NCBI GenBank assembly: GCA_034530875.2
Contig: JAVRCJ020000036.1
Location: forward strand, 13,793-67,929
Direction of reading: 5' to 3'
Length of the DNA stretch: 54,137 nt
Source of the DNA: Nostoc sp. DedSLP01
Lineage (GTDB): Bacteria > Cyanobacteriota > Cyanobacteriia > Cyanobacteriales > Nostocaceae
The translations under genes were made by a program, and so were the position numbers. Positions 1 through 9,200 of this stretch are shown piece after piece. Under the pieces are notes generated by a model. It was not told the DNA's origin and searched no databases. It saw only the letters and a list, made by a program, of their open reading frames with translations. Within the stretch, counting starts at the first letter, position 1; each line of letters begins with the position of its first letter.

Positions 1-1371
1 CCTCAAGAATCTTCTAATACAAATCCTAATAATCCATCAGCTTCGGGAAGAAAAATTGACTCAGGAAATCTGACATCATCGCCAGTACAGAAAACAGATG
101 AGTTCGGAAAACAGTCTCAAGAATCTTCTAATACAAATCCTAATAATCCATCAGCTTCGGGAAGAAAAATTGACTCAGGAAATCTGACATCATCGCCAGT
201 ACAGAAAACAGATGAGTTCGGAAAACAGTCTCAAGAATCTTCTAATACAAATCCTAATAATCCATCAGCTTCGGGAAGAAAAATTGACTCAGGAAATCTG
301 ACATCATCGCCAGTGCAGAAAACAGATGAGTTCGGAAAACAGTCTCAAGAATCTTCTAATACAAATCCTAATAATCCATCAGCTTCGGGAAGAAAAATTG
401 ACTCAGGAAATCTGACATCATCGCCTGTAGAAAAAACAAAAGACGATCCGATTCGCAGTTTCAATCAAAGTCAAGAAAACCAGAAAAATAATCCTACCTT
501 ACTTGATAGTGCCGTATACTCAAGTACCTTGAACTCCCTTTTAAAAAATCCATTTTCATGGCTGCTGTGGTTGCTCTTGCTGGGACTGCTGGTTTTGCTT
601 GTGTGCTGGTTCCGGAAACGTCGTCAGCAGCAGGTCAATCGGTACGTTGACCAAATCCTTGAGCAAAAGATAAGCAATAATGTCGGATTTATTATTAACA
701 AGATTGCTAATAAGCAAGAATTCAAGCATTATATCGACCAGTATGTAGTTCAGCAAATTGACAAAATATTTGAGCAAAAGATACAAAATTCCATTCCATT
801 AATAACTCACAACATTGTGAATGATAATGAGGAATTAAACCAGTACATTAACCAGCGCTTACACCACAGTGTCATCAACAACACTAAAATGAACAATGAG
901 ATTGTCAGGTTTGTTGCTAACAGTACTGAAATTAACAATAAAATTAATAAAGTCTACAGAGATATTGATATTAAGATAGAGAGCATCCACAACAATTGGA
1001 ATCAAACATTTATAAGTCTGGTTAGGCAGTACGTTGATGAACTGATCGATATAATTGGTGGCAAAGAGGCATTTAACATCCTGATTGCGAATTCGATGGC
1101 TGTTAAGCTGGATGAGCTTCTCAACCAAATCATAAGAACCAAGAACGAATTGATTGTAATAATGAACGATGCAGATAGACATCTCTATGAGTGGACTCTG
1201 GGAGAACTCATAGCAATCAAAGGCTGCTTAACCGACCGTCAGGTTCTTGTTGAGCAGCTTGTTTCTTTTAGTGTTGAACTTAGAACCAAGCTCGATTGTA
1301 CGCCCTGTGTAGACATCAACAAATTCGAGCGATTCAGACCTATCTCGATAGCTCCTAACCACCAAGAGTAG
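1..1371 (+). CDS. 5'-truncated membrane protein: N-terminal 38-aa Ser/Asn/Pro tandem repeats, one TM helix, helical C-terminal domain
   Basis: Frame 1 is open from base 1 (PQESSNTNPNNPSASGRKIDSG...), so the GTG at 313 is not the start. TM segment WLLWLLLLGLLVLLVCWF is followed by basic RKRR. Confidence 0.8.
   Translation, partial: PQESSNTNPNNPSASGRKIDSGNLTSSPVQKTDEFGKQSQESSNTNPNNPSASGRKIDSGNLTSSPVQKTDEFGKQSQESSNTNPNNPSASGRKIDSGNLTSSPVQKTDEFGKQSQESSNTNPNNPSASGRKIDSGNLTSSPVEKTKDDPIRSFNQSQENQKNNPTLLDSAVYSSTLNSLLKNPFSWLLWLLLLGLLVLLVCWFRKRRQQQVNRYVDQILEQKISNNVGFIINKIANKQEFKHYIDQYVVQQIDKIFEQKIQNSIPLITHNIVNDNEELNQYINQRLHHSVINNTKMNNEIVRFVANSTEINNKINKVYRDIDIKIESIHNNWNQTFISLVRQYVDELIDIIGGKEAFNILIANSMAVKLDELLNQIIRTKNELIVIMNDADRHLYEWTLGELIAIKGCLTDRQVLVEQLVSFSVELRTKLDCTPCVDINKFERFRPISIAPNHQE
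2..430 (+). repeat. 114-bp in-frame tandem repeat (38 aa), about 3.7 copies visible
   Basis: CTCAAGAATCTTCTAATACAAATCC recurs at 2, 116, 230 and 344; the units are near-identical. Confidence 0.95.
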
Positions 1372-1432
1372 ATTGCTGGTTCATAACGGGAGCAAAACGA
1401 CGAGCAAGGCAATTTAATTGAGTTATAAAACC

Positions 1433-2455
1433 ATGAAAAAAACCGGAAAACGTCTTGTAGTTTGCTGCGATGGAACGTGGCAACAGTTAACGAGTCCTTA
1501 CCCAAGCAATATAGTTAAGCTGGCTCAATCTGTGAAGCCAATTGCCAGTGACGGGGTTCCACAGATTGTGTTCTACGACGAGGGCATTGGAACCGAGAGT
1601 CAAAAAGTTTTAGGCGGAGCGATCGGACTAGGAATTGATAGAAATATAGAAGATGGCTACCGATTTCTTAGCCTCAACTATGTTCGTGGTGACGAAATCT
1701 ATCTGTTCGGCTTCAGTCGCGGTGCTTACACAGTCAGGAGTCTAGCGGGGATGATCTATTGTTCAGGTCTGCTAGACCGACCGCATATCACCAAAGCACA
1801 TGAAGCATACGAGCTTTACCGTAACGGAGGTGTGAAGCCAAAGGATCAGGAAGCAGTAGAATACCGTCAAAGTTATGGCGATCGCGTTCCGATTACCTTG
1901 ATCGGTTGTTTTGACACCGTTGGAGCGCTTGGTATTCCTGGGTTAGCTGTCTTCAAAAATTTTCACGACCAGCTCAATGAGCGCTACAGATTTCACGACA
2001 CTACTTTAAACAAAGATATCCAAAATGCACTGCACGCAATGGCGATTGACGAAATCCGTGAATCGTTTGATGTGACTCCCATGAAACCACATCCTGAAGC
2101 GGAAAACCAACGAGTGATTCAAAAGTGGTTTCCAGGTGGACATGGTTGCGTTGGTGGTGGAACTGAAGAACACAGCGGGTTATCTGATACTGCATTACAG
2201 TGGATAATTGATTCTATAGGTGATTTAGGATTGGGACTTGACATCGATACAAGTGTGATTCCCACAGGCATCAACCCCAATTATGAATGTGAATTTGAGA
2301 ACGATCCTGGATTCTTTAAACTGGCAGGAATCAAGCTGCGTGAGGTAGGTGATGTCATTGAAGATATCCATGACAGCACAATCAACCGTTTGAAAGGTCG
2401 CAAGGACTACCGACCCGAAAATTTAAAAAACATTATTGACAAATTATTGGATTAA
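1433..2455 (+). CDS. DUF2235 (Tle1-like) alpha/beta hydrolase, probable phospholipase/lipase
   Basis: KRLVVCCDGTW, YDEGIGT, nucleophile elbow GFSRGAYTVR, FDTVGALG, WFPGGHGCVGGG. ATG at 1433 preferred over TTG at 1418. Confidence 0.9.
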   Translation: MKKTGKRLVVCCDGTWQQLTSPYPSNIVKLAQSVKPIASDGVPQIVFYDEGIGTESQKVLGGAIGLGIDRNIEDGYRFLSLNYVRGDEIYLFGFSRGAYTVRSLAGMIYCSGLLDRPHITKAHEAYELYRNGGVKPKDQEAVEYRQSYGDRVPITLIGCFDTVGALGIPGLAVFKNFHDQLNERYRFHDTTLNKDIQNALHAMAIDEIRESFDVTPMKPHPEAENQRVIQKWFPGGHGCVGGGTEEHSGLSDTALQWIIDSIGDLGLGLDIDTSVIPTGINPNYECEFENDPGFFKLAGIKLREVGDVIEDIHDSTINRLKGRKDYRPENLKNIIDKLLD

Positions 2456-2530
2456 TTCGAGATTTTAAAATTCCTTGGCGATGGCTAAAAGCACAAGATT
2501 CTAGGTTCAACCAATACACAGGTAATAACT

Positions 2531-4165
2531 ATGGCTGGGAAAAGAGACACATCGAAAGACGGTTTAAGCAACAAACTTCAAACATTAGTTTTAACTAACT
2601 TTAAAGGTCTTTGGCAATTGATCCAAAGCAATGAATCTCTCAAACGTAAAGTTAACAAAACGCTGATCGATAGTCTCATCTACAAAATTCCTACTCGTCC
2701 CAATCCCTACAGTATGATGACTCTAGATGAGTATATTCCTGATACTAAAATTCCTAAGAAAACTGATACTTATACTTCCTGGGAATTACTCAACGATCGC
2801 ACTTATACCGGACGACATTTACCACCCGATCCCAAGTTAAACTCTGAGGGAAATTTACCAAAAGTTGAAGACCTAGCTGTTTTATTTCGCAAAAGAGATG
2901 GGAAAACAATTTACTCTCCCAAATCAACTATGCTGTTTCCCTATTGGGTGCAGTGGTTTACTGATAGCTTCCTCCGTATAGATCATAATAATAAATTAAA
3001 AAATACTTCCAATCATGAAATTGATTTGTGTAACGTTTATGGTTTAACTAGAAAACAAATACACCTTTTAAGAACCTTTAAAGGAGGTAAATTCAAAACT
3101 CAAAAACTCAAACGCCAAGATGGTGTAGAAGAAGAATATCCCCTGTTTTATTATGCCGACCCAGCGCAGGGTATAGTTGACCCTCAATTTGTTGGTCTTT
3201 ACGAACCCATCAATGATGAAAAAAGACAGCCAGCAGAGAAAAAACAATATCTGTTTGCGATGGGAGTAGAACGAGCGAATGTGCAAATTGGCTATGTCAT
3301 GCTCAATACTTTATGTATTAGAGAACATAATCGTCTTTGTGATGAGTTAGCACGAAATTATCCAGATTGGGATGATGAACGTCTCTTCCAAACTGCCAGA
3401 AATATTCTCATGGCAATTATTCTCCAAATCATCATGGAAGAGTATATTAACCACATCACTCCTTATCACTTTAAGTTGTTTGCCGACCCTGAAGCTTTTG
3501 TTAAAGAAAGTTGGCATCAACCTAATTGGATGGCAATTGAGTTTGACTTTGTTTATCGCTGGCATAGTGCGATTCCAGAAACGTTTATTTGTGACGGCAA
3601 ACCAACCCATATTACCGCATCTCTTTGGAACAATAAGATATTAATTGATAAAGGGTTGGGAGCATTGATGGAGGAAACTTGTTCCCAACCAGGTACAAAA
3701 ATTGGTCTATTCAACACGCCTGATATATTAGTTGAGTTAACCGAGTTACCCTCAATCAGACTGGGACGGCAGCTGCAATTGGCAAGCTACAACGATTATC
3801 GCGAATTGTGCGGTTTCCCTAGAGTGACGAGGTTTGAGCAAATTACTGGCAATGAATTTGCTCAACAGAAACTCAAAGAATTATATGGTCATGTTGATAA
3901 TATTGAGTTCTTTGTAGGACTCTACGCCGAGGATGGACGGGAAAATTCAACTATTCCTCCTTTAGTAGCACGTTTAATTGGGATTGATGCTTTTTCTCAA
4001 GCATTAAATAATCCTTTACTATCACCCAATATCTTCAATAAAGAGACTTTCTCTCCTGTAGGTTGGGAAATAATTCAAAATACAAACACTGTCTCAGATT
4101 TAGTTAATCGCAACGTTCCGCCCTCAGGCAAGAAGTACAAAGTTACTTTTGACCTTAAGAATTAG
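2531..4165 (+). CDS. Cyclooxygenase-like heme peroxidase/dioxygenase (animal heme peroxidase family; probable linoleate 10S-dioxygenase type)
   Basis: REHNRLCDEL, WDDERLFQTARNI, EFDFVYRWH (COX catalytic Tyr / proximal His motif), SYNDYRELCG, LYGHVDNIEFFVGL. Confidence 0.9.
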   Translation: MAGKRDTSKDGLSNKLQTLVLTNFKGLWQLIQSNESLKRKVNKTLIDSLIYKIPTRPNPYSMMTLDEYIPDTKIPKKTDTYTSWELLNDRTYTGRHLPPDPKLNSEGNLPKVEDLAVLFRKRDGKTIYSPKSTMLFPYWVQWFTDSFLRIDHNNKLKNTSNHEIDLCNVYGLTRKQIHLLRTFKGGKFKTQKLKRQDGVEEEYPLFYYADPAQGIVDPQFVGLYEPINDEKRQPAEKKQYLFAMGVERANVQIGYVMLNTLCIREHNRLCDELARNYPDWDDERLFQTARNILMAIILQIIMEEYINHITPYHFKLFADPEAFVKESWHQPNWMAIEFDFVYRWHSAIPETFICDGKPTHITASLWNNKILIDKGLGALMEETCSQPGTKIGLFNTPDILVELTELPSIRLGRQLQLASYNDYRELCGFPRVTRFEQITGNEFAQQKLKELYGHVDNIEFFVGLYAEDGRENSTIPPLVARLIGIDAFSQALNNPLLSPNIFNKETFSPVGWEIIQNTNTVSDLVNRNVPPSGKKYKVTFDLKN

Positions 4166-4198
4166 AGGAATATTTTCAATTAATTCTACATAAAAAAA

Positions 4199-5392
4199 AT
4201 GAAACTTTTTACTGAATATCCAGAAAAAGACGAAGCTAAATATTGCGCTCTCATGAGCGAGCTAGTCAAAAAGAACATGGACAATCTTTATGGAGGTGAT
4301 AATAAAAAAACTGCCAAGAGAGATACTCACTCAAAAACCCACGCTGCTGTTCAAGGTACTTTAGAAATCTTTGACTTTGATGAAGCAGCAATTAAGCAGG
4401 AATTGAGCAAATGCACCTCATTAACTGAAGCTCAACTTCAAGCAATTTCTCTAAAACAAGGTTTATTTGCCAAACCGAAACAATATCCGGTTTGGCTACG
4501 ATTTGCTAGTGGTGCTTTCTCCGTCAAAAATGATTATGAAGGAGATACGCGCTCTATGGCCGTAAAAGTGATAGGAGTAGAAGGAGAACGACTACCGCAA
4601 AGTCACGAGTTAAAAACCCAGGATATTATTGTCCACAATACCGAACTCTTTTTTATTAGAACCATCAAAGACTTTTACGGCTTTTTTTTGCAGGTTTATA
4701 GAGCAAAACTCTCTCCGTTTCTGATACCGTTCTTCCTTTTATGGCGAGCGTTGCATCCCTACGAATACACACTTCTAGAAACCAGTTTCAAACGGTTTCC
4801 CAAGACTTTGCTCATAGAACGCTATTGGAGTGCTTCGGCGTATTCTGTGGGACTTAAATCTGATTTTGACCCATCTCAACCAGGTCGAGTTCCTGTGGAA
4901 TATCCAGCTGTGATTAAATATGGATTTATTCCGGTTTCCAGTCAACCACCTCATCTACAGCTTCCTCTAGAGTCTAGACCAGAAAGTGAGCTAAGAAAAG
5001 TCAAAGCTTCAGGTTCAGAGGACAACTACTATCGAGAGGATATCATTCAAGCTTTAGCCAAGCCTGATGCTGAATACACTTGGGACTTTCAAATCCAATT
5101 TCAAACTAAACCAGAGATGTCCATTGATGATACTACCATTCCTTGGAATGAAGAAAAATCACCGTTCTTTACAGTTGGTCGTTTAACAATTAAGCATCAG
5201 AAGGTTGATTCTCCCCTAGAAAATGACTTTGGGGAAAATCTTAGTTTTGCTCCTGGGAATGGTTTAGCAGTGCATCGTCCTGTTGGTGCGATTAATCGGT
5301 TACGCAGCATTATTTATCCGATTGTTGCTAATGACCGTCACGAAAAACGAGGAGTCAAATATCAGGAACCAACAGTCGGGGCAAAATTTTAG
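4199..5392 (+). CDS. Catalase-related heme protein (probable fatty-acid hydroperoxide lyase / allene-oxide-synthase type)
   Basis: Distal motif RDTHSKTH with Thr before His, WLRFAS, proximal RPVGAINRLRSIIY; starts 33 bp after the dioxygenase. Confidence 0.85.
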   Translation: MKLFTEYPEKDEAKYCALMSELVKKNMDNLYGGDNKKTAKRDTHSKTHAAVQGTLEIFDFDEAAIKQELSKCTSLTEAQLQAISLKQGLFAKPKQYPVWLRFASGAFSVKNDYEGDTRSMAVKVIGVEGERLPQSHELKTQDIIVHNTELFFIRTIKDFYGFFLQVYRAKLSPFLIPFFLLWRALHPYEYTLLETSFKRFPKTLLIERYWSASAYSVGLKSDFDPSQPGRVPVEYPAVIKYGFIPVSSQPPHLQLPLESRPESELRKVKASGSEDNYYREDIIQALAKPDAEYTWDFQIQFQTKPEMSIDDTTIPWNEEKSPFFTVGRLTIKHQKVDSPLENDFGENLSFAPGNGLAVHRPVGAINRLRSIIYPIVANDRHEKRGVKYQEPTVGAKF

Positions 5393-5438
5393 CTAATTGC
5401 TCAACTATCGCAAAGTTCCTAATAAGAACAGCCATTAT

Positions 5439-6011
5439 TCAACGACCTTGAAAGATGTAAATAGCACCAACTCTGCGGAAGTGAGAATTATTTGCCCAGG
5501 CAGCAGTGCTAAATACCCATTCGCCATCGATGGGAGTGCAGAAACCGAAATAGTTTTCGTAATGCAAGTCTGTTGGTTGGAGTTTTTGTTTTTGCTGCCA
5601 CAAGCCTTTTTCTAGGTGGAAAACGCAAGCATCTCCGGTGTCGATTATTTTGGCAGAATTAGCACGGGTGGAACCAACGATCGCCATATCTTTGGCGATC
5701 GCCACCGTCGCACCAAAGAAGCCACAATATTTAGGATGCTGGGCTTGCAGTTTTTGTTTGGGTTGCCAGACTCCTTTTTCTAGTTGGTAAGTATAAACAC
5801 TGCCAGCAGATAGAACATTGCCAATTTTAGTACCAACTGCCCCGACAAAAGCGTGTTCTCCAGCAATGGCGACGGAGTAACCAAATAAATCTTTGCCATC
5901 GACTTGAGCAGATTGTAATTTCTGTTTGAGCTGCCAGACGCCATTTTCTAAACGGTATATATAAGCACCACCAAAAGGACGTTTGACATTAGCAGAGGCG
6001 TAGCGATCGCC
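5439..6011 (-). pseudogene. Start-less C-terminal fragment of an FG-GAP-repeat paralogue of the 6228..9842 gene
   Basis: Minus frame open 6011->5439: GDRYASANVKRPFGGAYIYRLENGVWQLKQKL...LQPTDLHYENYFGF...RVGAIYIFQGR, colinear with the C-terminus of the neighbour (GDRYTSASIKRPGGAYIY...RVGAVYVFASR). Confidence 0.85.
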
Positions 6012-6156
6012 TGCTGAACGATCATCTCCACCAGTCGTCTTTTGGCAACTCGTTGAGTCTTTCTTGCTCTAATTCTGGTGGCAGGTCTTTGTTCATTATT
6101 GTGATATTGCAACCTTTGTGTCGCTTTTGTCAATACTCCACCACCTGAATCCTTAC
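6003..6156 (-). mobile_element. IS66-like left-end remnant
   Basis: Minus-strand end GTAAGGATTCAGGTGG at 6156; ATG at 6096 gives MNKDLPPELEQERLNELPKD/(frameshift)LVEMIVQQAIA, resembling cyanobacterial IS66 transposase N-termini; truncated at the HIP1 site. Confidence 0.6.
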
Positions 6157-6227
6157 AATAAAACCATAAAGATGCCAAGTTTTAGTTAATACAAAAAGCA
6201 AATAACTTTTAACATTTACTCTTCCCT

Positions 6228-9200
6228 TTATCGAGATGCAAAAACATAAACCGCACCCACTCGTTTTGCTGTTGAAGTATTTGCCCAAGCAGCAGTTGTA
6301 AAAATCCATTCTCTATCTGTTGGGGTAGAAAAACCAAAGTAGCTTTCATAATGTAAATCGGTGGGTTGAAGTTTTTCTTTAAGTTGCCAGACTCCTTTTT
6401 CTAGTTTGAAGATATGAGCATCACCAGTAGCTTTGAGCTTGGATGAATCGGCGCGGGTTGAGCCAATTACGGCTATGTCATTGGCGATCGCTACTGTTGC
6501 CCCAAAGAAGGCACAATATTTAGGTTGGGATGGTTGCAATATTTGTTGTGGTTGCCAAACTCCTTCTATTAATTTGTATATGTAAACGCTTCCAGTACCC
6601 AAGATATTGGTGAGCGGGGTATTGACAGCTCCCACAAAAGCATATTCTCCAGAAATAGCGACGGAATAACCAAATAAGTCATTAATTCCAGGTTGTGGGG
6701 AATTTAGTTTTTGTTTTTGCTGCCATACCCCGTTTTCTAGGTGGTAGATATAGGCTCCTCCGGGGCGTTTGATGCTGGCAGAAGTATAGCGATCGCCACC
6801 GCCGATGATTGCCCATTCTGCTGTCATAGCGATGACGTTACCGAAGCATTGATTAACGCCTAAATCTTGTGGTTGCAGTTTTTGTTTTTGCTGCCATACG
6901 TCGTTTTCTAAATAGAATACATAAGCTGCGCCTGCATCTTGAATAGTCGTTGATTTGGCGTGAGATGCACCGATTATTGCCCAGTTTCCATTGATAGCAA
7001 TTCCCTTACCAAAAGAACTGTTGACTTTCAAATCAGAAGGTTGCAGTTTCTGTTTTTGTTGCCAGATTCCATCTGCTAATTGATAAATGTATGCAGCACC
7101 AACATCTTTAATAATTCCATAATCTGCTTTGCGTGCGCCAATAATTGCCCACTGTTGACTCATAGCGACAGCAGAGCCGAATTCATCGCCCACACGAGTA
7201 TCATCAGGCTGGAGTTGCTGTTTTTGTAGCCACATCTTATTTTGCAATTGAAAAATATAAGCAATCCCAGCATCTTGAATATCGGCTCTATCGGCTTTGC
7301 GTGCGCCTGCGATCGCCCATTCTCCACTTAAAGCTGTTTCTTCACCAAAGTATGATTCGCTCTTTAAATCCGCAGGTTGCAGCTTTTGTAATTGCTGCCA
7401 CTCATACTGAGGAATTACTGTTTTTGAATCAATTACAATAATTTTTGGCGATAATTCAGACTGTTTTTCTACGAATTGAGTATTTTTATGTTCTAATTCC
7501 GAGTTGTTCTGCTTGAGTTCCAATAATTTTTTATCTCGTTCAACATTGTTTTGTTCTGATGCAGCAAGTTTCTTATCTAGTTCAGTGAGTTGTATATTTT
7601 GTTGAGCGTTCTTTTGTTCTAACTCAGCAATTTTTTGAGCTTGGTCAAAATTTTTCTCCTTAAGTTCCGACAGTTGTTTGTCTAGTTCTGTATTCTTGTA
7701 TTTTGATTCAACAAGTTTCTTATCGAGTTGAGCATTTTTCTGCTTGAGTTTTGATAGTTGTTTAACTTGTTCAATATTTTTTTGTTGAGATTCAGCAACT
7801 TTCTTATCGAGTTCAGCTAGTTGTATATTTTGTTGAGCATTCTTTTGTTCTAACTGAGCAATTTGTTGAGCTTGGTCAACATTGTTCTGCTTAAGTTCCG
7901 ATAGTTGTATATTTTGTTGAGCGTTTTTTTGTTCATATTCAACAACTTTATTATAGAGTTCAGCATTTCTTTGCTCAATTTCTGATAATTTTTTAACTTG
8001 TTCAATGTTTTTTTGTTCATATTCAACAACTTTATTATAGAGTTCATCTATTTGTATATCTTGTTGAGCTTTTTTTTGTTTTAACTCTAAAATTTGTTGA
8101 ACTCGATCGATATTTTTCTGTTTAAGTTGCAATAGTTCTTTGTCCTGTTCAGCGTTCTTGTGTTCTGATTGAATAACTTTCTTATCGAGTTCAGCATTTT
8201 TCTGATGAAGTTCTGATAATTGTTTAACTTGTTCAGTATTCTTGTGTTCTGATTGAATAACTTTCTTATCGAGTTCAGCATTTTTTTGCTTCAGTTCTGA
8301 TAGTCGTTTTTCTTGTTCAGTGTTTTTTGGTTTCGATTCAGCAACTTTCTTATCGAGTTCAGCATTTTTCTGATGAAGTTCTGATAGTTGTTTATCTTGT
8401 TCAGTATTCTTTTGTTCTAATTCAACAACTTTCTTATCGAGTTCAACATTTTCATGTTCAAGCGCAAATGCTTTAGGTTGAGCCAGTATTTCGTTAATAA
8501 AGAATAGTTGGCAATCCCAAATAGCTCCAGTAATTTTGCCGTTATTACTACGGCTTGTAACATCCTTAACTGTAGTAGTAGAGCATTCATTTAAAGGCCA
8601 ATAACCAACTAATCCAGGCTCATTTCCTCTTAAACGGGTATACATACAATAGTTAATTTCAGCTTCAGAACGGATACAATTCCAAAGCCTAACTTCGGCT
8701 ATCTTGCCTTTAAAATTATAAGCTTCGTTATCATCTTGATAAACACCTATTCTTAAATTATTTTCAGGATTATAATTAATTTTATTAGCCGAGATTGCTT
8801 TTGTTGCTTTCAGAACTCCATTAACATAAACCTTCATCTCTTCACCGTTGTAAGTGCCTGTAATATGCTGCCATTGAAATAAAGTTAATGTCTGACTACC
8901 GCTACTAAGGTACTGGATTCCTCGCTTTTCCGGGGTGCAAGCAAAATTCACACCACTCGCACCATCAAGACACAAACCATATCCACTTTCTGTAAAACCT
9001 GTATCAAAAATATTGCCAAATATACCAGCCCACTGCTTTTGTTGTTCGGGATAAACCCAAGCCTCTACAGTCAGAGTTTTTTCAATTTTAAATTCTGGTT
9101 TTTTGCCGATATCAACGAGATCGTCTATACCATCAAAAAAGAGAAAATAAGCAGGAAGATTTTTATTAGTATCGGCTTGAATAGAGGTTTGTTGTTGTTC

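Noticed and set aside
2..430. 114-bp repeats as a CRISPR array
   Set aside because: Units are contiguous and identical with no unique spacers, are a multiple of 3 and lie in an open frame; no cas genes.
1433..2455. DUF2235 as a T6SS Tle1 toxin
   Set aside because: No vgrG, PAAR, hcp or immunity lipoprotein nearby; the context is fatty-acid oxygenation.
4199..5392. True H2O2 catalase
   Set aside because: Short, Thr-His distal motif and coupling to a dioxygenase fit hydroperoxide-metabolising catalase relatives.
5948..6178. 76-aa minus-strand ORF as a real gene
   Set aside because: Chimera of IS end sequence and off-frame FG-GAP sequence.
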